From assembly GCA_964016885.1 (NCBI GenBank), contig OZ024747.1, positions 75,330,001-75,394,000 of the forward strand: a DNA stretch of 64,000 bases, in the 5' to 3' direction. Position 1 is the stretch's first letter; each line of letters opens with the position of its first letter. Below are positions 11,084 through 24,474 of the stretch, piece by piece. The stretch is from Eledone cirrhosa (Eukaryota). The notes under the pieces are model-generated. The model did no database searches. It had not been told where the DNA came from and was given only the letters and a program-made list of their open reading frames with translations. A program made the position numbers and the translations under genes.

Positions 11084-13874
11084 TGTGTAAATTATATGCA
11101 TATTCATGTGTGGATATACGTATGTGTTTGTGTGTTAGTTAAGTTCAACATTTTTGTTTTTGTATTTCTGTTGGGGGCTCGAATTTTATTTTGTGATGAA
11201 TTTATTTTAGTTCTAAAGTAACTATAGTTTAATTTTATTTAATACATTTTTGATAATATTTACCCTTCCATAAATGTGGGACTATTTTTTGGTTCTCTTT
11301 GGTTGTCATCTACTAAAATCCCCCTCCCCTCCCTTCTGTATTTTTTTCTAATTTCAAATATATAATTCTAGTTTTCTTGAGAAAACTCCCTATTAAATAC
11401 GGCTTTTTGAGAAAAATAAAAAAAATATTTCTTTGAATTCTCGTTAATTCATTTTCTTTTCCTTTTCTTTTATTTGTTAAGCAATATTCTTGTAATTCAT
11501 TGAATTATCGAAAATTCTATATCCAAATTTGTTTTTGGCACAAAATTTGGACCGCCACCCCTCTAAAAAATTATTATTTTAAAAATATTAAAAAAAATAT
11601 GAATAAAATTTTCAGAAAAATAACTATAAATAAAAGTAAATACAATGTGTATATTTTGGCTAAAACAAAACAAAGAAGTATATTTATGATGTTATGGGAT
11701 TTTTTTGTGTGATCCAGAGCTGTGCATAGTTCCTGAGGAAGTCTTCACAACTTTTATTTCATAAATTGTAGCCATTTTCCACCAAAATGCTTTTTTTCTT
11801 GTCATGCATATAGTTTTACTGAGATAACGTTGAAAAATTGTTATATTATATTTATAAAATTTTTATGAAATTCTAGCATAATTCGGGTGGGAGGAGCTGA
11901 AAGAAAATTTCTTCATTTCATAAGCTCTTATGCATTTCTATTATTTACCATAAATTTTTTTATTCAATACTTAAATTTAAGCAAAGAGTGTGATTGTTAT
12001 GTACATGAGTTTATATATGTATTTATGTATACATGGTTATCAACATATGCATGCATATGTTATGTGCCTTTATACATATATTCAGACATTACACATTAAT
12101 CATCAGAAAAAGGATTGTAAATGTCTTGAATTCAACTAACGATCTAACTTGATAACTAAAACTGATTGTTAATGAGAAAACAGCTAAATATTATTGTAGA
12201 CTAAATAATATCTTCTGATACCTCTATAGATTGTTAATTTAGCCTGTATCTATCCTTTTTCTGATTTATCTATCAGTTGTTATGTAACTTAACTCAATTG
12301 GTAATCTCTGCAATGAGAATCTAATTCTAATTATATGTAGAAGTTTGCTGGTATTAAATTGTTAACTAACAACATCTAGAATCAATCAGTGACAACAGTA
12401 AAATGGCTGCTTCACTGCCTTCTCCTACTGCATATATAATATTAATATTATTATTAATAATAATAAATAAAGCATAAATAAAAAATAACCTCACTGACAT
12501 GTGTGCTGAATTCAAAGATTAGTGAAGTTTAAGAGATTTAAATTGGCTTTTCACAAAGGTTTTGTGACTCTCTTATCTAACTGCTAGTGTGGAATGTTCA
12601 CCTAGTCATCTAAATGGTTATGATGAACATCCCTTGGTCTTTTTTTCATAAGTTCTCTTTCTTTCACCTTTTTTCTTGGTGATCAGATCTGTGTAGCATG
12701 TATATAACAAATATCTGACATTTAACATACTCCAATATGTTTATTTTACATTTACTCCAAGCTCTTCACTGTTTCTCTCTCTGTCTCCCTCCCATGCTCT
12801 ATCTCCTCCCCACCCTGGCAATCTCTATCTCTCAACCTTTAAGTTATCTTTTCACCATCTCAAATCTGTTCCTGATCTATTTTATTTACATATGACTACT
12901 ATACATTCCTTCTCCTTCATCTCAAATTCCTCCTACATTCAACAATTTGAGGTAGACAAGATGTAAATATCCATTTTGCTTCAAATTCTTGTTGCAACTA
13001 AACCCTCAAGCTCTGCGCCACCCCATCCCCCAATACTATATTCTTTTACTATTTTCATTCCATTGCTGTTACTGCTTCCCTTTTAGAGTAGGCTAACTTC
13101 TCCCTCCTCTTCCCCCCCCCCTCCTTCTTCTCCTCATCTTCTTCCAACACCCACAACAGATTGCTAGCTATATTAATGCGCTATTAATGGCTATATTTGT
13201 TGGGAATTACCCTATTGAAACTTAATTCTTTTACGATTTCTTCTAGATCATTTCAAGACCCGAGAAAAACAGAATTTCACTTTAATCTCACTTTGAGTAA
13301 AGAAATATTCTGGTTTATGCCTGAAAAATTTATTTCACATGTTTTCACTAAATACGCGCATTTGCTGTAAAAAAAAAAAAAATATTTATATATATTTTCC
13401 TGTAAATAATTTCAAATTAAGAAGACATAAGAATTTCTTGCATTCTGAAGAAATTGTCCCATCTAAGTTAAACTAGTTTATATCTATAATCAATACTGAT
13501 CTTGTCAATATTGGAAGTGCAGTATATTGGAGATTGGAAAATGGCGACCCTGTTTAACTTCTCTGCACAGCGTGTAATTCCTTATCTAACCATACTGGCA
13601 AGATCTCACAGTTATTCTCTATATATACATATAATATATACATATGTGTGTGTATATATATATGTATATAATGTATATATATATATTTATATGTATATAA
13701 TGTATATATATATATTTATATGTATATATGTATATGTATATACATAATATATTTATATATAATATATATATATGTATATATTTATATATATATTGATATA
13801 TATATATATATATGAGATATATATATGTATATATATATTTATATATATAAGTATATATATTTATATATATATAT

Positions 13875-13916
<42 letters not shown>

Positions 13917-14295
13917 ATATATATATATATATATATATATATATTGATATATATATATATATATATATATTGATATATATATATATATTCACTTACTATA
14001 GGCTAAGAATCCTGTTACTGATATGTTTTCCAACTTGCCAATTTATATTATATTAACATTCAGCACACATGCAATTTAATAGAATGTTTAGAAAAAAAAA
14101 AAGAAGCAATATTTCGGTATTTTCATCCTAGTAATTTAATATGTATGTAAGGCATGATTGATAATTAATAAATGCGCGAGCGCAGCCTTTTTCTTTGCAA
14201 ATTATGTATAAACCATTGACCGCTAATTAACTCCACATCTTTTCTGTTCATTATACTAATCTTCGTTTTTCCTTTTTCCATCCATTGTCCTGCAG

Positions 14296-14301
14296 ATTCA
14301 G
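14296..14301 (+). CDS. Lar: Candidate 6-nt microexon of Lar (DS or HS depending on the upstream exon)
   Basis: Branch-point-like TACTAAT, long pyrimidine tract cttcgtttttcctttttccatccattgtcc, then tgcag|ATTCAG|gtgaga; strong acceptor and donor; phase 1-1. Confidence 0.72.
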
Positions 14302-14450
14302 GTGAGACCAATTACTAAACTTTCTAATTTCTTTTCAGCACATAATTTATGTATATATATGTATATATATATGTGTATATATATTTGTTAACCACTATCA
14401 TTAATTATTCATACATACATATACACACACGTTTGTGTATATATTTATAT

Positions 14451-14484
<34 letters not shown>

Positions 14485-14634
14485 ATGTATGTATATATAG
14501 TGTGTGTGTGTCTGTAGCTACAAATATATATGTATATATATAATTTTAATTTTAAGCTAATCTGCAGAATAATGCATTAAGATTTTGCTACTTGATGCAA
14601 TATGATTGCAGAAGTAGTTATATTGTCATTTTAT

Positions 14635-14693
<59 letters not shown>

Positions 14694-15241
14694 ATATATA
14701 TGTATGTGTGTGGGTATGTGCGTATATATGTGTATATATATGTATTTGTTCTTGTTTATTTATTTATTTTTTGTAATTCCAATAATGACTGACAGTTTTT
14801 TTCTTAATGACCTTCATGTTTATTTGATGGACATTAATTTAAAAAATACTGAGGTTTGGATTGTGATACTTTCTTTTTCTTTTTTTTCGTTTGTTTTGTG
14901 GCTTTGCATTCTCTGCCACTTGTTCCAATCTCTGATATTCGTTTTATTTTGTTGTTTAATATTTTTTGGGTTAATATATTTGCTCTAATGTTCTTTTACT
15001 AACAAATCTTTAGGGTTAGGTCTAAAAACTATATTACACATCCCCTGCCCATCATGATCAATCCAGGCTAAATTAAATACAGTTACTGGTAGTTTTAGAG
15101 TCTATGCTATGTTTGTTTCTAAGGTAAGTTCTTGTACAGCTTTTCGACAACAATATCAAAGGATTTCTCCTATTTTTGGATAACTAAAAACAACTATATC
15201 ATCATTAGTTGAATATTTTGGTGTGTTAATCTTTCAGGGAA

Positions 15242-15279
<38 letters not shown>

Positions 15280-15459
15280 TCTCTCTCTCTATGTCTATCT
15301 ATCATTGATTTCAACATCCTGAATCTATTTTTTTTTCCTTATTGACGTATTGACTCTATAATGTGACTGATTAGTTACATGGGTACATGTCTTGATATAT
15401 ATATATGTGTGTGTATGTGTAGATATATATCTACGTATGTGTGTGTATATGTATGTGTG

Positions 15460-15522
<63 letters not shown>

Positions 15523-17583
15523 TCACTATTTAGTTTGATATTTCTGTTATCCATTAATTTTCGTTTTCATACTAACCACATAAAGTTACTAGTCTTAAAC
15601 AAGAAAGCAAATTCTCGTATATTCCACCCTATACTAAGCTGTTCTTTCTCTCTCTCTCTCTCTCACTCTCTCTCTCACTCTCTCTCTCTCACTCTCTCTC
15701 TCTCTCACTCTCTCTCTCTCACTCTCTCTCACTCTCTCTCTCTCTCACTCTCTCTCTCTCTCTATCTATATATATATTTGACATCCTTTTAAATTTCAGT
15801 TCAAATGCAGATATGGTCACCTTTGCTTTTATTCGTTTAAGATCAGTAGACAACATTAAGCATGAGTCAAGTTACTGGGCTTGGTTTGAATCAAGCCAAA
15901 AAGGAAGTCTCTTGAAAGTCTCTTGATGTACCAGTAATAGCAGGCAAATCTGCCACAAATCATGCCACACCATCTTAGAAGAGATGTTTCGGCTTCCTTG
16001 TTCGTGGGAAATACTGAATGTTCATGGTTGGAACACCATTGTTCAATGATAATTGTGGTATTGGGCCTATGCTAGAATTATTCAGCATTATGGTATTCTA
16101 TAAGGGCAGTAGATGTCCTTTTTATGTTCTGAGTTCAATTCCTACAATGGTCAGTTTTGCGTTTTGTTCATCTGTGAATAATAAAATACGTTTTTGACCT
16201 TCTGCCAATGTTAGAAATGAATGTGGATGGGATAGAAAGAGGAAGAACATCAATAAAGATATGGCTAAAGATAATGGAGGAAGAAGTGAATCTAGAGGTG
16301 AGGTGGTTGGTATGAAAGTGATAGGGAAAAATGGAGAAGCTTATCATGAACTCCTAAGACATGCTGTAGCAGGTGTAATTGCTTAAAACACTTGGTGGCA
16401 AGATTAGAAATCTATAAAATTAATGTGGTTTACAAATAGTTTTACTTTATATAGCTCTCTGTGTTGAGGTCATAACCAATTTTGATCCTATTGCATCCTA
16501 CCAGGGTTCAAAAGATAAAGTACCATTCAAGTATTGACAACAATATCATATGATAGTACCCTAAATATGTTGGTTTATGTCTGCTATTACAGTGATCCAT
16601 GGCTAGATTAATCATTAAGCAAAATAAGCACATGTTTAGGGCACCAAGGAAAGAGGGGTACTATTTTATACAAAGAAGCACATGTTTAGGGCATCAAGGA
16701 AAAAGGTGCTCCATTTTATTTAGATTAGATATATTTGTCATATCGAAAAAAAAATTGCAGATTTTATATGTAGTTGACAGGTGGGCACCATAAATTTTTT
16801 AAGTGCTAAGGCCCTCAAAAGTATTTAATCTGGTCATGTAGTGACCAATATTGTAGTTTTCTATGGTAGTCATGGAATTTTAGATATCTTTTACTTTCTG
16901 AAGTCTCAATATATTATTCCTTCATAGTTTACAGGTTTATTATTGTACCAGTAATGTACTGGAATAATTGCTGGCCTTGTGCCAAAAGTAGAAACAATTA
17001 TTATTATTATTATTAGGGAGGGTGCTGCTATCATTGTATAACTGATTATTTTAATGCCATGTCTCGTCAGGAGTAGAAAATAAACTTTCACTGTTCCTTA
17101 CCTTTATTTAGTCACAGACCCCTTATTTTCATAGTAATTTTCTAATAAAAGAATAGTTTAATTCTTGTAAGATGATACATGTTATGAAGTAAAATATTTT
17201 GTTAATCTGAGTGATTTTGTATGTTTTTGTTTCATGTCCAATAGCAGCCATGTTCTGCTTGTCTTAAGTTCTCTTATAATGTCAACCATGTTGATTCAGT
17301 CATTGATGGTCTCTCTGAACAGCTTAGTGAATAACTAAGGCTTTATTCAGAGAATAGGACAGTTTGTATTCTTGTACATATTAGTTGGTGTGTATACATA
17401 TGTATATGTGTGTGTATATACACACATGTATGAACATTTATTTGTGTGTGTGTGATGACTAGGTCGCAAATTTGATTGCTCTTCCACTTTGCACCACAGT
17501 GCACAATGGTTATAATTGGACCTTGGAACCTTAGGTTCTGCTTTTTGTTCTATATATGAACATAAATAAATAAATGATATATG

Positions 17584-17619
<36 letters not shown>

Positions 17620-18039
17620 GCCAGTTAATGATTATATGGTCGTGACTGAGTTTTCTAAGCATTGAGAGCAAATGTATATCTTATATGTTTATGAAACTCA
17701 AAGTAATGGTCATATAAGTGACTAACTGCTCTTGTCCATAAATATAAACCCTACGTAATATATTGAGTGCTCTTTTGTATACATATGTGTGTCATTTGTC
17801 AGCAGTATAAATACCCATGAAATATATGCTTTCAGATACTCAGAAGGGTTCTTATAAGTAGCTGATATATTTCCTTACCTGACTACTCAACAGGGATGTT
17901 AGATCTTCCAAAAAATAGTAGCCAGAGTAGTTGAAGGGTAATGTTGTATAATAGTGAAACATGAGCACTGAATGTAAAGGGTGTGTGAAAGGCTGGAAAG
18001 AATTAAAACAGGCATGTTCCATTGGATGTATAAGGTTAA

Positions 18040-18239
18040 CCCTTTAGCATTTAAACCGGCCATATCCAGTCAGAATTCTCTCACTTCTTTCTGTTCAAAC
18101 CAGCTGTAACCAACCTCTCATACTTATGTCAAGGTATTGTATCATAGATTCAAAATCTCATAGATTCGATATTATGTGAGATAAAGCCTTCACCATGAAA
18201 ATATAATAGTATATATAAAGTAATGTAAATGCTAAAGGG
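18040..18239. mobile_element. piggyBac-type non-autonomous MITE
   Basis: TTAA|CCCTTTAGCATTTA ... TAAATGCTAAAGGG|TTAA: terminal inverted repeats with CCC/GGG ends and a TTAA target-site duplication. Confidence 0.85.
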
Positions 18240-18249
18240 TTAATGTGAC

Positions 18250-18575
18250 TGAAAAGTAGAGAACAAATGAGATAAGTACAATACTTATCTGATTCCTCTT
18301 ATATTGGGTATAAAAGGATCAGATGTAGTATGTCAAAAGGAAGACTGCACTGGTATTGACATTTATTTCAAATGGAGGATGATATTTGGGTAAAGTTATG
18401 TGAAGAAGTTGAAGTGGAAGGAACCTGCAGAAGAGGAAGATCTAAGAAGACTTAAGAAGTGTTCCAAGCAAATCTTGGGATGTTGAGTCTCATGAAGAAA
18501 ACAGCAAAGGAATACAAGTAGCAGGATGTTTTGACAGAAATAACCTCTTTAGCTTGGCATGCTAAATACGGACAT
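18250..18575 (+). mobile_element. Decayed RTE-like LINE 3' fragment
   Basis: Degenerate translation resembling WY...MEDDIWVK...EVEGTCRRGR, typical of RTE ORF C-termini, followed by a gcatgctaaatacggac tail. Confidence 0.5.
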
Positions 18576-18856
18576 ATATATATATATATATATATCATCA
18601 TCATCATCATCATCGTTTAACGTCCATCTTCCACGCTAGCATGGGTTAGACGGGTATATATATATATATACTTACATATATGTATGACTGTATACTGTTT
18701 TTTAGGGTAGGTACACTGTATCTCTGCATGTTATAAGAAATTGTTAAAAGTGTTAGTGTCAACCAGGGGGTCAGTAAAACTGCCTCGGAAGGTTCTGTTC
18801 AACCCATGCCAACATGGAAAAGTAGACATAGACAATTTATATATATATATTATATC

Positions 18857-19700
18857 AGGTTGTTGAGAAATTATTGGAGGTTTTCAAATGTTAACTTCAA
18901 AATGACACATCTCAGTCCGAAATAAAACCATTAGAATCTACACATATTTGCCAACAGCGGTGCTTATTTATTTATTCCGGGTACTTAAAATTATGAAGTC
19001 CTGGATGTGATGAATTCTTTGAAAGCACTCTTTGTCGCTGTTTGACAACTTTGTTGTCAGTTGGTGAACAATCCATTGATTATACTGAATAAAGCAGAGT
19101 TTTGTAACCTAATTCATTCCTGAAGCATTGGTTGTGTGATGTATCCTCCAACATTATCTTTCAAGAGGATTGAACCTTTTCTATTGACCAATGCTGGACA
19201 TATACTGCATTTTTTTAATACATCTCATCGATTTCCCGAAAATACTTCTCTGCTGTGATGGTTTCCTCAGGATTCAGAAAGCTGTAGTGGTGTAATCTGG
19301 TTGTGGACTATCAAACAGTCACCATAACTTTCTTTTGATGCAACTTTGTTGTGTCAAACCACTCTGCTGAATGTTGTTGGTTGTTGTATAAGATCCACTT
19401 TATATTGTATGTCACAATGCATTCATTAAATAAGTTGTTTTTGTTGCTCAAAAGAAGTGAAGAACAGAGTTGTTAGCAATTCCTCAATTTCTTTTTTTTT
19501 TTTTTGTTTAGTTTGTGTGGCACCGATTTTTGAAGTTTCTTTGACTTTTCGATTCGGTTCAGAAGTTGTTACAATGCTTAGACCTAACTCTCTTGCAAAC
19601 ATTTCTGTTGTAATCTATTTCTTATTGATGTTGTTGTCATTCAGTATACTAATCAATGATCAAAATCAATCCATTTGTGACCATCACAACTCTTGCTCCA
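18857..19700 (-). pseudogene. Decayed mariner transposase (Hsmar1/SETMAR-like DD34D family)
   Basis: Minus-strand fragments KLHQKKVMVTV*...HYSFLNPEETITAEKYFREIDEM and ALVNRKGSILLKDN...QPMLQ match mariner transposase motifs; stops and frameshifts present; boundaries approximate. Confidence 0.85.
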
Positions 19701-19898
19701 CAGGAATACTGTGTCTAAGATTTTATTATCTAATTTGTCATTCATTATCTAAGATAGTATGTGAAGGCATACAACCTAATGTTGGACCATAGGTTTGATC
19801 CCTAGATCATATTGCACATTGTGACCTTGAGTAAAACACTGTTTTATCTTGTTTTAGTTTAATCTATTGGAAGAATATTGGCAGAAGCTGTGGTTTAA

Positions 19899-20102
19899 CC
19901 CTTTAGCATTTAAACCGGCCATATCTGGCCAGAATTCTCTCACCTCTTTCTGTTCAAACCAGTTGTAATGTTAAGGGTTGTGATGTTAAGATATTGTTCT
20001 CAAAATAAATAATATAAAAATCTCATAGATTTGATATTATGAGAGATAAAGCCTTTACCAAGAAAATAATAGTATATATTGAGTAATGCAAATGTTAAAG
20101 GG
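19899..20102. mobile_element. piggyBac-type MITE, same family as 18040-18239
   Basis: TTAA|CCCTTTAGCATTTAAACCGGCC ... AAATGTTAAAGGG|TTAA. Confidence 0.8.
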
Positions 20103-22453
20103 TTAACCTTGTGATAGACTGGCAGGGAAAGTCTGTTACTGTTTTTGTTAAATGCCATTGAAACTGGAATAAGCTCCTGCCTGAAAAGCTTCCAGGCTTT
20201 GGACAAACTTTAACTTTCTAAGATGAAAGTTTCATTTGGGGGATATTTATGTGATATTTTTAGCACATAAATGTAAACCTGTTGGCTCATGAAGAACATA
20301 GTTTTACTGGAAGCTGTGTCCTAGTATAGCCTTGATTGAGAAAAAATATATTCAAAAGTATTTTTGTAATAACTATTTAGTCGGTTTTTTTCTTTTGAAA
20401 CATTATATATCTAAGACTATATTATCTAATGTGTCCATTTTTGGAGGTAAAGAGTGGATTGGCAGAAGAATTAGAATGTTGTACAAATACCTTAAAGTAT
20501 TTAGTTTCGGCCTGTTAAATTCTGGGTTCAAAGCATGCAGATATTCATTTTGCCTTTTATCCTTCTTGAGTCGGTGATATGAAATATTGTTGTCAATTTA
20601 ATAGCTTGAAATTGATTTCATCTAGTAATGAGAAGTTGAGTCTTGAATGAACAGTTTTTCTTATTGTGGATTTAATGCTAATCCTTACATGACCCTACTT
20701 TTAATGAAATACTTGTATTATGATTAATTATTGAAGAATTTGGGAAAGATTTACTAAAATTATAATTTCATAAAGGTGTTATTTGTAACATAAAAAACTA
20801 TTCTTGTATAAAACTATGTTTAAAAGTTTTAACTTAAGTAGGAACTCTTTAAAATGGATGGTTTAGTTTCATAGAGGTTGAAGAAGTTTTCAGCGACTTG
20901 ATGTCAAAGGGGTTGATTAATATCAATAATACAAATCCATATGTTCAAGACATGGTCACCTGACCTGAAGTGTCTCATAATGTGACAACCTGTTTAACCC
21001 ATGCAAGCATGGAAAATGGATGTTATTAGCTTTGGAAGATGTTAAAACTAAGATATCATCAAAAACCATAGAGACAGATTTGTAGGGCATTACTGGAGAG
21101 CTAAAGATGAAATTGTTAGTGAAGTTCTTTTGTGGGCTGAGCTTACAGTAGGAAGAGTTAACAGAAGATATATATCAGATTTGTGATGATATAAGCTGTA
21201 ATACCTCTGACCTGCTAAATATGATGAACAATACAATTGGATGGTGACATAAAGTTAAAGGACAAGTCACTGCCACAACCTCATTGGTTTATCAACATTC
21301 TGTATACTAAATAGGAATGATGCCAGTGTTTGAACCACTGCAGATGACTCCTTGAAAGCACCCACGCCCGCCTGGCCCAGCACAACACTATACTTTGTAG
21401 TTAACTGTTTGTTGTCATATTTCTTTGGAAGACATTATTTCAATTAATTAATGAATAATTTTGAGGGGTTTATTAGGATTATTAATTATTTAGATATTAT
21501 CTGCTAGGAGTTGCGACCTGTAGATAGTATCAGTAATGGAAAGACAAATAGAAACATTGTTTCCTTGGTCCTATTTGATAAATTCCAGCCCATTTGGTAC
21601 ATGAATGAGGTCTGGGATGCTGTTGATCGATCAAATAGCTTGATTGAAGATTTTAACTTAACATCATCATTTTACAACTGCTTTTCCTTGCTTGCAAGGG
21701 TGAGATGGGTCCTATTCAGCACAGTCACAGTCCTATTCTTCACTTGTCATGGTCCTTTGTCATCTCCTCTGTGAGCTTCAGCTCTTATATAAAATCATGT
21801 TAGAAGATTTTAATTTCATAGAACTAGAGCTGGTTTTAGCTCGGTTGGTATAAAAAAAAGGTTAAAACAATGACACCCTTATCTGTATTGTTAACATTGT
21901 ATTATACACTCAAGTATAGATCATGAATAGTTTGTCAGCTGGTCGGTGAAATGGTCTCTCTCTCTATCTATCTTAGCTCTTTTGGTTTAGTTTTATTATT
22001 TTCATAAATTGGAACAATGTGGTGTTCTTTGTTAATTTTGTTGTTGTTTTTTTGTTTGTATATTTTATTTTATTTTTTTGTTTGTATATTTTTCTTGTTG
22101 TTTTTTTGTTTGTATATTTTTGTTGTACTTTTGTTGTTTTTTAACTAGCCATTGTATATTCAATACAGAAGCATGCATTATATATATGTACTCTTGCGTT
22201 TATTGCGCTGTTCAAAGTTTCATCTCAGTTGAATTTAGCAATTTACTTTTAACTGAAACCTTGCCCCCAGCTCCTCTCAACTTCCTTCCCTGCTCTATAT
22301 TTCACCAGCGTCCATTGTTTTTTCTGCAGCAGTAACTTAAAACTATTCAGTCAAAACAAACCAGTTTAGCTTAAAATAAATTTTCTATCATCCTGAGTCA
22401 AAACAGCTAAATAAACAGCAACCTTGTATAAAATATATTTATTTGTATGTGTG

Positions 22454-22485
<32 letters not shown>

Positions 22486-22569
22486 TGTATGTATGGGTGT
22501 TTGTGTGTGTTTCAAAGTGTGCAAAGCTATCGTATCGTCTTCATCAAATTCTAACACTTCTATTATTTT

Positions 22570-22605
<36 letters not shown>

Positions 22606-23023
22606 TCTGCGCGCGTGTGTATGTATGCCTGTATATATATATATATATACATGTAAATTAAGTGTGTGGTGTAAACAATTTAGCTTGAGTGTAGAGGATT
22701 CTTGCATTAAATCTTAATGGTAGGTGGAAGTCCCCCTCCTTCCTTTAAATTGTGTATTTTGGACATACTATACTACTACTGAGTATGTGTGACTCTACTC
22801 CATATGCTCATGGTATTATATTAGCTCTAGCAAATAGTCAGAAATAACTATATATATATGTATATGCATGTATGTATGTATATATATGTATGTATGTATA
22901 TATGTATATATCTATCTATGTATGTATATATATATGTATGTATATATATGTATATATGTGTATGTATGTATGTTTATATATATATATATATATATTTATA
23001 ATCTCGGGAATTTTACCCGCCTT

Positions 23024-23081
<58 letters not shown>

Positions 23082-23384
23082 GTATGTGTGTGTGTGTATA
23101 ACTACATCTTTGAGGTCGGATTGTTATTTATTTCTGTATTTCTTTGGTTCTTCATATTCTAAAGAAATAATTAAGTTAAAAGCTAAATTAGAATTTCATA
23201 ATAATTATGATAGTAATAATAACAACAACAATTATAATAAGTACAATTATATATTAGTTAGTAACAACTTTCTTGCTGTTATTAATTGCAATATTTTCAA
23301 AACTATTCACACCTAATCAATAAATTTTCACTTAGATAAAAGTTAGTGTTTTGTTAATTAAATTTGTATTGTGTGAGTATAAGT

Positions 23385-23433
<49 letters not shown>

Positions 23434-23446
23434 TATATATATATAT

Positions 23447-23507
23447 ATAGGAACGAGTAGGACCCCGACGGCTTGAGCTCAGTCATCGGGGTCCTACTCG
23501 TTTCTAT
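23447..23507. other. Near-perfect 27-bp-stem hairpin between (TA)n tracts
   Basis: ATAGGAACGAGTAGGACCCCGACGGCT-TGAGCTC-AGTCATCGGGGTCCTACTCGTTTCTAT; two G.U pairs and one A-C mismatch. Confidence 0.85.
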
Positions 23508-23583
23508 TACCCACTCTACTACCCTAAGTATTGAGTACTTTGGTGCGTTATGGTCCACCTGGTTCCTTACCACATTTCCTCCG

Positions 23584-23631
<48 letters not shown>

Positions 23632-24219
23632 GAGACATATGAAACCATGTATAATATGTTTATGCATAATAAACATATATATAAGTTTTGCTATGGGTAA
23701 CAGATGCTGTGACATGATCACAGCTTAAAATACCTATAGTGAGAATTAAGTATGTTTATTTTGCACAAATATATTGTATATACTTTCATATAAGAGTTTG
23801 CATATGTGAATATATAGATATATATGCAAATAAATGTGGGTTTTTTTTTTATTCTGGTAATCTTAGAATGAAAGAATATTCCCTAAAAATTTTTAAATTC
23901 TTCACTTAAAATAGCAATTCCTTAAAAATTAAGATTAATTTTAAAATGGTTGTGTGCCTGTGTATGTGTATACCTATACATGTATAAATAAATGCGTGCA
24001 CACACGTATGTATGTTGATATGTCGCCATACATTTAGAAATGGGATGAATATATTCACATGAAATTAATGCACACATGTATGTATATGCATTTATATATG
24101 CGTGTGTGTGTGTGCATATTGTGTGACTATATACATTCTCAATAAAATAAATAATACAAATTTTAATATACATTTATAACTAAGTTTCCAGCTAGGCCAA
24201 CACTTCCCTATATATATAA

Positions 24220-24335
<116 letters not shown>

Positions 24336-24474
24336 TACATATCTAATTTAATGCAAGTTCCTTACTGAATCTACAAAATTGAACGCTAAGTATTTAACTT
24401 CAATAAATTATTATTGGTTTGGAAAATAGGATTCTTCTGTCTCATTTAAATTCTGCTGTTTGCTATGTTCATAG

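Noticed and set aside
13571-13573. ctctgcacag|CGT|gtaatt 3-nt microexon
   Set aside because: Frame-preserving, but the donor context is weak and the pyrimidine tract short; not distinguishable from chance without reads.
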